Virus record (IMG/VR): IMGVR_UViG_3300043470_000815
DNA length: 64,000 bases
Reading direction: 5' to 3' (one strand)
From: a virus
Within the stretch, counting starts at the first letter, position 1; each line of letters starts with the position of its first letter. A model generated the notes under the pieces. The model was not told the origin of the DNA and did no database searches. It saw only the letters and a list, made by a program, of their open reading frames with translations. A program made the position numbers and the translations under genes. Of the stretch, positions 10,080-20,899 are shown one piece after another.

Positions 10080-10315
10080 AAAATTTTAAATTTCTGTAAG
10101 TTCGGAAAAAGGCATATACCATTCCTGACCAGTGTAAAAATTATCGGAGTCTGTTTCATCAATAACTTCCAATTCGCATAAAACTTCGATGTCATTAATA
10201 ATACCATTAAACAATGGTTCTTTAGTGTCGTCGAATAAAAATTCGTTATAAACACCTCCATCATAACAATGGAATATGATTCGCGGATAACGATCCGATT
10301 TAAATGTTTTTTTCA

Positions 10316-10660
10316 TTATTTGATAAATGATGGTGAAAATTTAAAAGACCACTCCCATACATCGTTGAATATATTGGGTGAATAATTCCAAAATGGTGGG
10401 TTACAAACTGGCATAATTTTACGACCATAAATGTTTGTATATCTTAGTCTGTATTCATTTGCCGAATATTCGGTTGTATCTGTTCGTGGTTTTGTACGAA
10501 ACATTAGCGACAATGCTACCCGCACATCGTGTATGGTAGGAACTCCGCACTCGATCATAATTTCTTTGTTTTCACAATAGAAAGTTGTTTCTTGACCGAG
10601 TGTGAAAGTGGATACTTCTTTTTTTCCTAAAATGAAATTCTTATTAATTATTTCTGACAT
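10316..10660 (-). CDS. hypothetical protein
   Basis: 114-aa ORF behind promoter 10698-10749. Confidence 0.65.
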   Translation of the reverse strand: MSEIINKNFILGKKEVSTFTLGQETTFYCENKEIMIECGVPTIHDVRVALSLMFRTKPRTDTTEYSANEYRLRYTNIYGRKIMPVCNPPFWNYSPNIFNDVWEWSFKFSPSFIK

Positions 10661-10697
10661 AATTTTAATTGTTTTGAATGATTAATTATTAATGATA

Positions 10698-10749
10698 CAA
10701 AGATACTGGATAGGTTGGGAGTACACAATACCATTAACTAACTGTTAAC
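10698..10749 (-). promoter_or_regulatory. Bacteroidota sigma70-type promoter
   Basis: GTTAACAGTTAGTTAATGGTATTG-N~20-TATCTTTG. Confidence 0.8.
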
Positions 10750-11211
10750 ATTATACCAATCTAAAAACTTATCAATTACATCAATTGTTGCTTCCAGTTC
10801 GGTTGGATATTGTTCACCGTATATTGTTCCAAATGAATCTTTATATGCTTGGCGAATATGACAATAATACATATTATTAAAAGTAGTTTCAAATTCGTAA
10901 ACTATATCCATTTGACAAATTTTATTCTTAACACGCATGAGCCAGTTCCAGTCTGAATCATATCTTAAAGAATATTCATAATCGTCTAAAACTTTACCAT
11001 CCACCTTTACAAAATGTAATTCCGATGGGTTGGGATTTTCAATAAAATCTTTTTCCTTATACCAAACACCCCCATCATCAGTTTCCCAAACGCTATAAAA
11101 TTCGTCATAATTTTCATAATTTTGACTGAATATAAAGCCTTCAAATTTGGCACATTTTTTATTGAACCCAATGAATTGGGTTTTGTTAAAATCAATTTTT
11201 ATCTGTTCCAT
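10738..11211 (-). CDS. hypothetical protein
   Basis: 157-aa ORF with YDSDWNWLM.VxxKI motif common in Bacteroidota phage proteins (recall). Confidence 0.7.
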   Translation of the reverse strand: MEQIKIDFNKTQFIGFNKKCAKFEGFIFSQNYENYDEFYSVWETDDGGVWYKEKDFIENPNPSELHFVKVDGKVLDDYEYSLRYDSDWNWLMRVKNKICQMDIVYEFETTFNNMYYCHIRQAYKDSFGTIYGEQYPTELEATIDVIDKFLDWYNVNS

Positions 11212-11554
11212 TTATTTTTAATTTCTATTAATTCTTGGTAATTTTTATCATTAAGGTATTTAAGTTTCGCTGCTGTTATTTTTCGATCAATCCCAATACT
11301 TTTAAAGTACGCAACTTGGAGGGATGTGATTTCGTTGATTATCCGAATTTTTAATTCTAAATTATCCATTTATTTTAAATTTGTGTTAATTGCATTATAT
11401 AAATTTTTTATTTCTTCAATGGTTACAGAATCTATATTTTCACAAAACTTATAGAGTGTAAAATATGCTAATTGCATATCCTTCCCCAAATCGAAATACC
11501 AAAAGCGATAATCAGAATCAGACATATTTTTCATATTTTATTTTAAATTTGATG

Positions 11555-11595
11555 TAAAGATACTGGATAGGTTGGGAGTGTACAATATCATTAAC
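11555..11595 (-). promoter_or_regulatory. sigma70-type promoter, variant -7 box TATCTTTA
   Basis: shares spacer GATACTGGATAGGTTGGGAGT with promoter at 10698. Confidence 0.65.
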
Positions 11596-11947
11596 TATCC
11601 ATTAACAATGTTATAATATCTTGTGTTTTATATTGATCCGTAATTATATTTGGTTTGGTTGGAAAGTTTTCAAATCGTATATGAACTTCCTTTTCAGCAA
11701 TCAAAATTGGATAACGGTTACTACCTGCAAATTTCACAAAACGACCTTTGATTATTTTTCCAGTTGGATGAATATACAACCCACCAAACTTTGAATTTTT
11801 AGCAACCAAACAAGTTTTGTCACTGTAAATTACCCGCATATCATCCATCGCACAATTTTTACGAATGTATGGTTTAATGATTAATGTAAACGTAAAACCT
11901 TTTTGTTCGGCTAGGTTGGTAGTTTCCATTTTAATATTTGATTCCAT
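11591..11947 (-). CDS. hypothetical protein
   Basis: 118-aa ORF. Confidence 0.6.
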   Translation of the reverse strand: MESNIKMETTNLAEQKGFTFTLIIKPYIRKNCAMDDMRVIYSDKTCLVAKNSKFGGLYIHPTGKIIKGRFVKFAGSNRYPILIAEKEVHIRFENFPTKPNIITDQYKTQDIITLLMDS

Positions 11948-12260
11948 TTTTATCTAAGATTCGTCTTGCAGCAATCACACTTTCATTATCAGGATGACCG
12001 TTTGCAATTGATATTAATTTTTCTAAACGATTGGGTGGTCTTAATTCACCAGTGTTAACCTTTTCCCAATATTCCTTTCGCAATTCTTCACGACGTTCAA
12101 TTAGATTTCGGTCTTTTTCGGCTTGAGCGTTAACCATTTTAGACCATGTTTTGTCGGAATTGTTGCCTTTGTTTTTATGAAAAGCAGCATCGCCTATATC
12201 CTGACGACATGCACCGTTGATGGAAAGGTATGTTTCTTCCGAAATTACATTATTGTTCAT
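11931..12260 (-). CDS. hypothetical protein
   Basis: 109-aa ORF. Confidence 0.7.
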   Translation of the reverse strand: MNNNVISEETYLSINGACRQDIGDAAFHKNKGNNSDKTWSKMVNAQAEKDRNLIERREELRKEYWEKVNTGELRPPNRLEKLISIANGHPDNESVIAARRILDKNGIKY

Positions 12261-12287
12261 AGATATTAAAATTTGATGATATAATTT

Positions 12288-12563
12288 TTATTCTTCAATT
12301 AAGTCTTTTAAATACGTTCCTACTTCCTTTTTACCTTTTTTAATCCCTTTTTCTACTCCTAACTCAAATACTTTATCAGCCAGTATTCCCATAACATCTT
12401 TTAAAGTAGTTTTATCGTTATTACGTATATGAATTGTTTGCCATTGATCTAAGAAATAAAATTCAACTTTTGCTAAAAGACCTTCTGCTTGGTTAATATT
12501 TTTCTTTGGAAACAAAAACCCACATTCTATGAGTTCATCATGTAATTTTTTCGTTATGTTCAT
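12288..12563 (-). CDS. hypothetical protein
   Basis: 91-aa ORF, last before the non-coding block. Confidence 0.65.
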   Translation of the reverse strand: MNITKKLHDELIECGFLFPKKNINQAEGLLAKVEFYFLDQWQTIHIRNNDKTTLKDVMGILADKVFELGVEKGIKKGKKEVGTYLKDLIEE

Positions 12564-12604
12564 ATATTGATAGTGATTTAATTATTGGTAGAATTATTAA
12601 TTTA

Positions 12605-12732
12605 CCGTTAGGGATGGATGTATTTACCGTTAGGGAGGGATAATATTATAATATTTATTTAGTTTAATTATTGGTGGGGATAATATACAGCCAACCGTTA
12701 GGGATAACTTATAATTTTACTTCCGTTAGGGA
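12605..12732. repeat. four direct repeats CCGTTAGGGA
   Basis: copies at 12605, 12627, 12695, 12723. Confidence 0.85.
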
Positions 12733-13154
12733 GGTCTTTTTTGGGACAAAAAAATGATCCACGAACAATGAAGGGGTATTACGACCACCCAACCTCTTCC
12801 TTTTTCACCGAAATTAACGCTTAATTCACCCCCCTACCTCCCCAAAATGACCCCTATATTACCCCCCCTATTTTATACTGATTAGTGAGTTAAAACAAAA
12901 CATTATTTGGCAAACATTAAACGTTTAATAAATATAATAAATTTTAAATGTTAGGTTGGAAGGTTATTCCAGCACTTGATACAACACAATGCCATTATTC
13001 AATTGATTTAGTGTTGAATCCTCCCAATCCAGCATAGTACTGAATGGTATTTGCAAGAATGTTTAATGAAACATTAGCGTATGCAGATAATTCAATTTTG
13101 ATACATTCGATGAATAAATTTTCCATAATATTGATTGATTTATTAATTACGATA

Positions 13155-13206
13155 CAAAGATACGTCCTACCAACCCAATAAACAATACCATTAACTAACT
13201 GTTAAC
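13155..13206 (-). promoter_or_regulatory. Bacteroidota sigma70-type promoter
   Basis: GTTAACAGTTAGTTAATGGTATTG-N~20-TATCTTTG. Confidence 0.8.
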
Positions 13207-13804
13207 AAAATTAAAAAAAAACCTTAGTTGACAATCATTACGGTTTCAACGTAAACCATGTCATTTTATATTAAAAAAAATCTTAATATGACCGGACGAC
13301 AGGTGGGAGGTAAACCCCTTCCCCCATGAGTAGTTTAATTAACATTAAAAATCACGAAACGTCAATTGTTATCCTGAATATTCCTGTCAAAATGAATAGT
13401 ATTGATACGGAATGACCATTATACTGTAAAACAATGAAATACCATCCAACCAAAAAGATAATCGTTTAAATCGGTGAATATATACGTCAATTTCTTTCCC
13501 TACCTATCAAGGTTTTTTGATAATTTTTGAACGGCATTGACAGTTGATATGATAGGTTGGTACGGAATAATCAAAGCATGAATATACTGTAAAATAATGA
13601 ATAGTATTATTAATAATACCATGTATATCAATATTATTAATACTTACCCTTATCTATCAGGTTTTTTGATAATTTTGGGTCAAAATGAATAAATTTGATA
13701 GGGTTGGTAGGTACTAATCGTTACACTCAAACTTTAAAAAACTGTTAAAATAATAAATGAATTATAGTTAAAATTTTAACATTTAAACAATTTGTTTTAT
13801 GAAA

Positions 13805-14539
13805 ATTGTGAAGATTAAAGTAATGAAAAACAATGAAAATTGTGAAGTATTTTTATTAATTTCTACCCTACCTATCAGGAAGTTGATAAATGTCGGTGAA
13901 TGCTAATGATTATGTAAAACCAACCTGAATCAATATACAACCATTTTTTGAACGATCTATACCTGAACCGTATGAATACACCAACCAACCTATGAAAAAC
14001 GAAAATACATTGATATATGATACCAAATAAACCAATCTAAACAACTATTGTCTGAAACATGAACACATACACGCTAATTGTTAGTATTTATGAATTAATT
14101 AACAATACATGAAAATATTAACAATACATGAAAATTACATAAAAATACTAAAAATTAATTGATAATTGATGTAAAGTATGTAAATACAATTAAAAATATA
14201 TAAAAAGAGGTACTTATAGCAAAAGTCCAAGGTACAATTTTCCCCGTGCCTATTGCGTTCCCTACGGTCAGCACGGCGGAAAATCGCGTGTGTGAAAAAC
14301 GAGGTTTTCCACCCATCGGGCTGGTGAGGGTTTATTTTTTCATAATTTTTGAGGGTATTGGTTTCTTTGTTTTTCTTTTTGCTTTAGTTTTTCTTTTATT
14401 TTAAATTAATAATAATTCCTGCGTGCGTATCGCGACACATGCACTCGCACACATAATGCGAGCAAGCACGTGCGTGTACATACGCGAACGCATACACACG
14501 TGTGAGATTGTGAAGATTTATTGATTAAAAATTGTGAAG
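13805..14539. repeat. four ATTGTGAAG repeats in two pairs
   Basis: copies at 13805, 13839, 14507, 14531. Confidence 0.75.
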
Positions 14540-14641
14540 AATTAATGTTCATTTTATGTTAACATAAAAGTTAAGGAATAGTTAAAATAAACATTTTGTT
14601 TTGCCTACCAAACAGTTATAATTTTAAATTTGTAATGAATT

Positions 14642-14682
14642 GTTAATGGACTTGTGGGGAAGGATAAATGGACTTATCTTTG
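14642..14682 (+). promoter_or_regulatory. Bacteroidota sigma70-type promoter (plus strand)
   Basis: GTTAATGGACTTG..TATCTTTG read directly on plus strand, upstream of ORF 14715. Confidence 0.8.
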
Positions 14683-14714
14683 TATCATAATTAATAGTTA
14701 AACATTTAAATTTT

Positions 14715-14993
14715 ATGCAAACTTTACAATTAAACCCAAAAGACCAAGGCGGTATAATCGACCAAATGTTAAAATTAAAAGCATCAGTAAATTATCATAA
14801 TGCTGAAATTTTACCAAATTATAAAAATATGCAAGTTTGGGAGACAAATGAATACTCCTTAATTAATAACGCAAATTTGGCAGAACTTGAAAGGTTAGAA
14901 AATCATATAATTAAGCATGAGCGGCTTTTTAATTCTATTCTTTGTGAGTACGGCTATACCGTTACTATTTTTCTTATAAAATTCATTAAATAA
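14715..14993 (+). CDS. hypothetical early protein
   Basis: 92-aa ORF with its own promoter; hairpin follows at ~14999-15020. Confidence 0.7.
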   Translation: MQTLQLNPKDQGGIIDQMLKLKASVNYHNAEILPNYKNMQVWETNEYSLINNANLAELERLENHIIKHERLFNSILCEYGYTVTIFLIKFIK

Positions 14994-15271
14994 AAAAATC
15001 CCACCAAGGTTGGTAGGACTTTCATTATTTTCCATATTTTGGAAAGTTTCCAATTTTTGGAATAATTCCATATTTTGGAAAAAGGGTTGGGTTAATATTT
15101 CAATTCATACTGGATTGGTGGGAGATGATAATTGTATGTAAATCAATGATATATGTATTTTTTTAAATTAAATTTCAATTTAATCTTTTAATCCAAAATT
15201 TATAACACGGACTAAATGAGTGCTTTATCTCCCCCCACCCCAGTATAAATTAAAATAAATTAAAAATAATA

Positions 15272-17077
15272 TCATTTCGGCAATTTTTTAGCCATTTTTC
15301 GTGAAATTAAATAATATTTCCCTTTTTTAATTTTCATAATTTCAACTTTTGGTGATATTTTTATTACCAACCCACCAGTAAAAACCATCCAACCTTCTTT
15401 TGTTTCGCCTAAGTATTGCTTATTATTTAATATTTCAGTTAACCAAACTACCCGTTTATGTGATCGTTTAACCTCTAAATTGTTATTTAACAAACCGCTA
15501 CTTCCAAAAACATATCCCTTATCAGCACTCATTTCATCACTTAAATTATAAACAAACGACTTTTCATATCCAGCCTTAATAGCAATTAAAAAAGATTGTA
15601 ATATCCATTCAGCCTGTATCGAATCATTTTCAACTGCCTGACATAATGGTGTAGAACATGGATTTGTATCGTAACCAAATTCGGTTAGCCAAAATTTAAC
15701 ATTTTTCCTACCCAACGGGTCAATATTTGATATATCATTGTTAGTATTATTATTGGTGGATAGGTAATCCCTCCCTACCTTATTTTTTAAAACATTTAAA
15801 CGTTGATACAATTTATCAGTTATAGGATCAATACCATCCCCCAAATATAAATTAACCGTTTGTGCTGGAAATGGTGGATTTGCCGAATTACAATAATGAT
15901 GAACATTTATAACATCAGCCGCAAATATTTGATCCGTTCGGTTTTGTTTAAACCACTGATTCATATCTTCAATATATTTCGTATTGATAGCCGATATACC
16001 AGCCATCACAACCTTCATTGATGGATCAGCCGTTTTGATACCATAACCTTTTCCCATACGTCCTTCGTGACCATCATAAACCGCACTCATAAAGGCGGCA
16101 AATTGCTCGGCTGTGTACTTATGCGTTGGATTCTTCCAAGGTCGGTCGGGTTCATTTTCTAGTTCGATATAAGACAGTAAATCTAGTCCACTTTGCAACA
16201 AATTCACAATATCACCATTCCACCTAGGCTCTTGATTTACCTTTAAATCCTGTGATGGATATTTAACCCTACCATACCTTGCTGCCAATTGAAATCCGTA
16301 TTGTGAAATTGACCTGTAAGACAACGGATCGTTTGGATTAGTACCAATATCATTCATCTTTAAATCTGCCCATTCAGGGTCATTTGGTGATTCGTGTGAC
16401 CAGTTTGGAACTTTGTTGATACACGGAATTGCAGTAATATTTTTATTCTTTAATTCCTGATAATATTCATCATACATTCCATCAGCCTGTACGGTTGGAT
16501 TAACCGCTAAACCTTTCGGAGTCCAAGACCATTGAACCATTTGATAAATCCTGATATTTTGACATGGAATTAGGTCGGTTGGTATCCAATGAAACCCATT
16601 TGTACCAATTGATAATGCGTCTCCAGTTAACTTTTTAGTGTTGGGAGGAGTCACAGTAGAATCATAATAAAACTCCAGTTCGGTGATTGGTATATCCCCT
16701 TGAATATCAGAAATGGAAATCAATATTTCATCGACTTCCATTGTTTTAAATGTCTTGGTTTGCCATTTATTGAATTGATTCAATTTTACATTGATTGTAT
16801 CCGTTTGGTTAATTAGTGTAAAGTTTGGTTGTCCAACCCAATCAAACAGTTTTAATTTATTAAATTTAACTTTTTCAGTAAATTTGATTTTTGCTAATAC
16901 TGGATAATCACCAGCATTCCACCCCGGAAACCACCCCGACTGTGTATTTCCATCAAATAATTGTAACGCACCTGTGGATTGTCCTCGAATGACCGTGATT
17001 GAATATAGTTTATCATTGATTTGTCCCCACATCATAATAGGGAATAGTAATAGAGTTAATAATGTTTGTGTTTTCAT
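15272..17077 (-). CDS. secreted clan GH-A glycoside hydrolase with N-terminal discoidin/CBM32-like domain
   Basis: signal peptide MKTQTLLTLLLFPIMMWGQ; LFDGNTQSGW; acid/base ENEPD; DVINVHHY; nucleophile WLTEFGYD. Confidence 0.75.
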   Translation of the reverse strand: MKTQTLLTLLLFPIMMWGQINDKLYSITVIRGQSTGALQLFDGNTQSGWFPGWNAGDYPVLAKIKFTEKVKFNKLKLFDWVGQPNFTLINQTDTINVKLNQFNKWQTKTFKTMEVDEILISISDIQGDIPITELEFYYDSTVTPPNTKKLTGDALSIGTNGFHWIPTDLIPCQNIRIYQMVQWSWTPKGLAVNPTVQADGMYDEYYQELKNKNITAIPCINKVPNWSHESPNDPEWADLKMNDIGTNPNDPLSYRSISQYGFQLAARYGRVKYPSQDLKVNQEPRWNGDIVNLLQSGLDLLSYIELENEPDRPWKNPTHKYTAEQFAAFMSAVYDGHEGRMGKGYGIKTADPSMKVVMAGISAINTKYIEDMNQWFKQNRTDQIFAADVINVHHYCNSANPPFPAQTVNLYLGDGIDPITDKLYQRLNVLKNKVGRDYLSTNNNTNNDISNIDPLGRKNVKFWLTEFGYDTNPCSTPLCQAVENDSIQAEWILQSFLIAIKAGYEKSFVYNLSDEMSADKGYVFGSSGLLNNNLEVKRSHKRVVWLTEILNNKQYLGETKEGWMVFTGGLVIKISPKVEIMKIKKGKYYLISRKMAKKLPK

Positions 17078-17247
17078 AAGTAAAATCTTTCAATCAAATT
17101 TTTAATTTGATCTTTTGTTTTATTTTGTTTATATAAGTTTTAGTGAATAATTCCTACCTGACTGGTAGATTTAATTTAAAAAGATTAAATTGAAAATTTA
17201 ATTGAAAAAAACCCATCTACCAGTTTTAATTGATAGATAGGTTGTGT

Positions 17248-17511
17248 TTAAAATTCTTGGTAATAATAAATTGTTTTGTCGGTATCCAATAGGTTAATTG
17301 AAAATAATCCATCCGAACATTCTATTTCACGTGAATCGAAAAATGTTCCACGATTACAATCACACGCAAAATTACCTTCCTCCCATATAAAAATATGAGG
17401 TCTGCCTGTTTCATCATCAATCAAGCACATGTGTGTTTTTTCATGTATAATACCAGTTTCATTTTCTTTTATTTGTAAAATACATTCAATATATTTATTT
17501 TTCATCTTCAA
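17248..17511 (-). CDS. hypothetical protein
   Basis: WEEGNFACDCNR motif, 87 aa. Confidence 0.65.
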   Translation of the reverse strand: MKMKNKYIECILQIKENETGIIHEKTHMCLIDDETGRPHIFIWEEGNFACDCNRGTFFDSREIECSDGLFSINLLDTDKTIYYYQEF

Positions 17512-17667
17512 TCAATTTAAAAAGTTGATCTGCAACCGACCAACCCAACCAAATAATAATAATCGGTATAGCAAAGGTTGGATATGGTTTAGTCGTGAAT
17601 TGCCAACCGATCAGTGATCCAAGTAAGCATGAAGCAAAGAAAAAATGGTAATAATTTCGCATTTATT

Positions 17668-18159
17668 TTAAAAATTTAAGTTAAGTTCTAAATCATTTGG
17701 TGCTGGTCGATTACCACCAAAATAAGGTTGGATTCTAAACGACGTTAGGTAACTTTTCTTTAATGCTTTTGGTACATCAATTTCAATCTTTTCATTACCG
17801 ACCCAAATCGTTACTTTATTATAAGTTATTTCAAAGTTTACTAGGTCAGTCGGATTAGCATTTAAAATCGGGCCTAAAACTATTTCGGGTGATACAATTG
17901 TACCGTTAACATTAAAGTAAGCACAAACCTGTACTTTGTTTATTGTCGGATTCCAACGCCACCCAACCATTATTGCATTTTGACTTGGAATTAACGGATT
18001 AAAACTAATACCCGTTAACTTGTTCCAATCGTATTGATCGCCTTTATCTAATTGATAAACACAATTGGTGAATTTTACCGATCCATTAATAGATCGTAAA
18101 AAGAATTTAGGACATCGGGGAGTTGAAAAGTGACTGTTTTCTTTGAATTTGAAGATCAT
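17668..18159 (-). CDS. hypothetical beta-rich protein
   Basis: DWNKLTG..GWRW..PYFGGN motifs, possibly lectin/laminin-G-like (weak). Confidence 0.65.
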   Translation of the reverse strand: MIFKFKENSHFSTPRCPKFFLRSINGSVKFTNCVYQLDKGDQYDWNKLTGISFNPLIPSQNAIMVGWRWNPTINKVQVCAYFNVNGTIVSPEIVLGPILNANPTDLVNFEITYNKVTIWVGNEKIEIDVPKALKKSYLTSFRIQPYFGGNRPAPNDLELNLNF

Positions 18160-18808
18160 TGTTTTCCTTTTTTTGTTAAAACTTGTTTTTAACGTTTTTT
18201 GATTTTTCTTTGTGTTTTTTTTCCCATTCTTTGTAGTTTGGGAGGTTTTGTTCTACTTTTTCGACATTTCCAAACAACCGCTTGAAAACTGCTGTAAAAT
18301 TGTTTAATGCGTTTTGTGTTGATTTGTCCTGATTATTATTTGACATTTTTAATTTTTGATTTGTATTCTAAATAATTATCCGCTTGGTTATGATAAGACC
18401 TTCGTGTTACATTTGCGACAAATAATAACAATATTGATGTAACAGTTCCACCAACCCATATTTTCGCGATAATTTCACGTGAAAAAATATCTTTCAAGAA
18501 ATACGAAATTCCTGTTGATAGTAAAAATATTACAATCGCTAAAATCGTAATTGAAAGTGATTTTGAATCACCTTCATTTTTGTGTAATTCTACCTGTTGT
18601 TGATGTTTCTTTTTCATTTTTAAAAGAATAATTAGTTTCGTTAATAATTACATTTATGCCAATTTCATCGGCAGTTTTAATGATGAATAATAATCGTTCA
18701 CAAACCGAGGTTGGGAGTGTATCATCATTAATGATTTTTACTACTTTACCGTTTTGAATGAATATTATATTTTTCATGTAAGAAAATCAAATATAAAATT
18801 TGATGTTA

Positions 18809-18860
18809 CAAATATACTAACGTTAAACCCAATAAACCAAGTCATTAACAAATGATTAAC
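18809..18860 (-). promoter_or_regulatory. sigma70-type promoter (TATATTTG)
   Basis: GTTAATCATTTGTTAATGACTTG..TATATTTG; palindrome at 18786-18804 adjoins it. Confidence 0.7.
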
Positions 18861-18883
18861 TAGGTTGAGAGGTATGTCAATAA

Positions 18884-19180
18884 TTATTCATAAACTATTA
18901 CCGTTTTTTCTACGGGTTCTACTAAATATAAATCATTACATTCAGTACCATCATAAGACGATTGCTCACCGTCAAATCTAACGTAGCAGTCTAATGCTGG
19001 AAAATACCAAACCGCCGTGACTTGTTCATCCGATTCAAGTGTACGTTCAACACGTTTAAGATTTTCTACAATTGTTGGTGGTAATGCTACGTCTAAATAT
19101 TCGGGTGCTGTGTTTGCATTTAGAAAATCGTAGCAGTTTTGCGTTTGTAGATGTTTAATTAATTCTTGTTTTGTTTGCAT
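18884..19180 (-). CDS. hypothetical protein, paralog of 19217-19471
   Basis: shared TKQELI, AVWYFxxLDxYVxF, VEPxxxI.Y. Confidence 0.75.
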   Translation of the reverse strand: MQTKQELIKHLQTQNCYDFLNANTAPEYLDVALPPTIVENLKRVERTLESDEQVTAVWYFPALDCYVRFDGEQSSYDGTECNDLYLVEPVEKTVIVYE

Positions 19181-19216
19181 AAAATTTTCAATTTTATCTT
19201 TTATGTTTTAATTATT

Positions 19217-19471
19217 TTATTTTTTAATATATTGTATTATTGTTTTAGGCTCAACTTCATAACATTTCCCAAAAGTATCATTATTAGATTCAAACTTAAC
19301 ATATAAGTCCAAATCTTCAAAATACCAAACCGCGATATTACCAAACGGGTCGATATTAAACTCAACTCGTCGAACCCTAAAGTATTCGATTTTATCCATG
19401 TTTGGTAGAAATCGCAAAAACTCCATATTTCGGAAGTTATTTAATTCATCAATCAATTCCTGTTTTGTCAT
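19217..19471 (-). CDS. hypothetical protein, paralog of 18884-19180
   Basis: as above. Confidence 0.7.
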   Translation of the reverse strand: MTKQELIDELNNFRNMEFLRFLPNMDKIEYFRVRRVEFNIDPFGNIAVWYFEDLDLYVKFESNNDTFGKCYEVEPKTIIQYIKK

Positions 19472-20301
19472 TTTGCATAAAAATTTTGTTTATGGTCATA
19501 AAACTTGTTTTTATGACTTAATAAATTATGAAAGTTATTACATATAAAGGGTATTTGCCATAGTGGGGCAATTCGATCCACCATTGCTTCCAACCACTTT
19601 GAATATGCGATATATTGATTCTTAATACCATCAGGATTTAAAAATTCACGTTCAATTGCCAACACTTGAGCCTCTTCGATGATTACTTGTTTTTGCATGT
19701 CAAACGTTAAATTTTTAAACTTTTCAGGGCAAACATAAACCGTTGTCTGTCCTTCGTCTTGTAAATACTTGAACGCTGGTTTATCGTATTTTTTGACCAG
19801 TTCGTGTAGATCGTCGTGAACATTTTCTCTTGAAACAGCATCGTTGAAAAAATCACTGGATTCTTTTGTGAAGTCCGCTCGCCACTTTTCACCAAATTTG
19901 TTTGTCCAAAATTCATGCAATTCGTAGAACAATGGTTCTATGACTGTACAACCTTCTTCGGACATTAACCAAATATCATAAAAAGTTTTTTTCTTATGAA
20001 CTTTGTCGAATGATACGTGTGATGATTTTAGTGTGAATAGTACGTCTTTTAGTACATTATCTGCAACATACCTCACAACCAAGGATTCCTTTATATTTTC
20101 CAAATAGTTCCAAACAGGCGGAATATAATGACATTCGGTTTTGTTCCCATACATCATTTTAAAGCAATCTTTGTCCTGTTGGGTTGGTTCATGGTCAATC
20201 AATATGTCGTAATCAGCCGTATCTTTACAACGTTGTTGAATACGTGGATTGTCAGGGAATAACGTTTTTAGTAAACGTGAACCTATTTTGTAATGATTCA
20301 T
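19468..20301 (-). CDS. phage nucleotidyltransferase-like protein
   Basis: N-terminal IGSR..DYDIL pol-beta-type signature; LFTLKSSH..FFNDAVSR..HDDLHE blocks. Confidence 0.55.
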   Translation of the reverse strand: MNHYKIGSRLLKTLFPDNPRIQQRCKDTADYDILIDHEPTQQDKDCFKMMYGNKTECHYIPPVWNYLENIKESLVVRYVADNVLKDVLFTLKSSHVSFDKVHKKKTFYDIWLMSEEGCTVIEPLFYELHEFWTNKFGEKWRADFTKESSDFFNDAVSRENVHDDLHELVKKYDKPAFKYLQDEGQTTVYVCPEKFKNLTFDMQKQVIIEEAQVLAIEREFLNPDGIKNQYIAYSKWLEAMVDRIAPLWQIPFICNNFHNLLSHKNKFYDHKQNFYAK

Positions 20302-20377
20302 AAATTAAAACTCGTTTTAATCTTTTATAATTGTAAATACCTACCAGTCGGGTAGGATTTTTTAAGTTACAAAGATA

Positions 20378-20845
20378 CTACCTCCGAACTGATAAAAATT
20401 CTAAACATTCTTCAATCAAATCCTGTAAATTATTATGGGGATTGGTTTCATATCGTTTTGTGTACCAATAATCCAAATATCGTACATTGTCTGCATTATT
20501 AGGACGACCATAAAATATTTTACCTGAATCCAAATACTTTCCAAATTCTACATTTGATGTTAAACCCAATATTCCATTTGAAATGTCACGTGGAATCCAA
20601 AATAAAATAACATCGGAATTTGACATATAAAAATCTTCCCATTCAATTACATCATCGTAATTTGCCCATTTTCCATGTTCAGGTTCGGGAATTACGACAG
20701 TTCCATCAAACCCAAGTTTTTCTAAAATTTCGACGGCTTCTTTTCGCCAATTTAAAACTTGTTCACCTCGTGGACTACAACCCGCCAAGAAAATGGTTTT
20801 TCCTAAATCGTGAATTGTAAAATTTCCGCTGTATATTTTTTTCAT
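20378..20845 (-). CDS. nucleoside 2-deoxyribosyltransferase-like protein
   Basis: IFLAG..WR..IEWE..SDVILFWIPR..TSNVEFG. Confidence 0.8.
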   Translation of the reverse strand: MKKIYSGNFTIHDLGKTIFLAGCSPRGEQVLNWRKEAVEILEKLGFDGTVVIPEPEHGKWANYDDVIEWEDFYMSNSDVILFWIPRDISNGILGLTSNVEFGKYLDSGKIFYGRPNNADNVRYLDYWYTKRYETNPHNNLQDLIEECLEFLSVRR

Positions 20846-20899
20846 ATAATAAATTTTTAATTTATTTATTTAATATCATACCAGTTTGGTAGGAATTGA

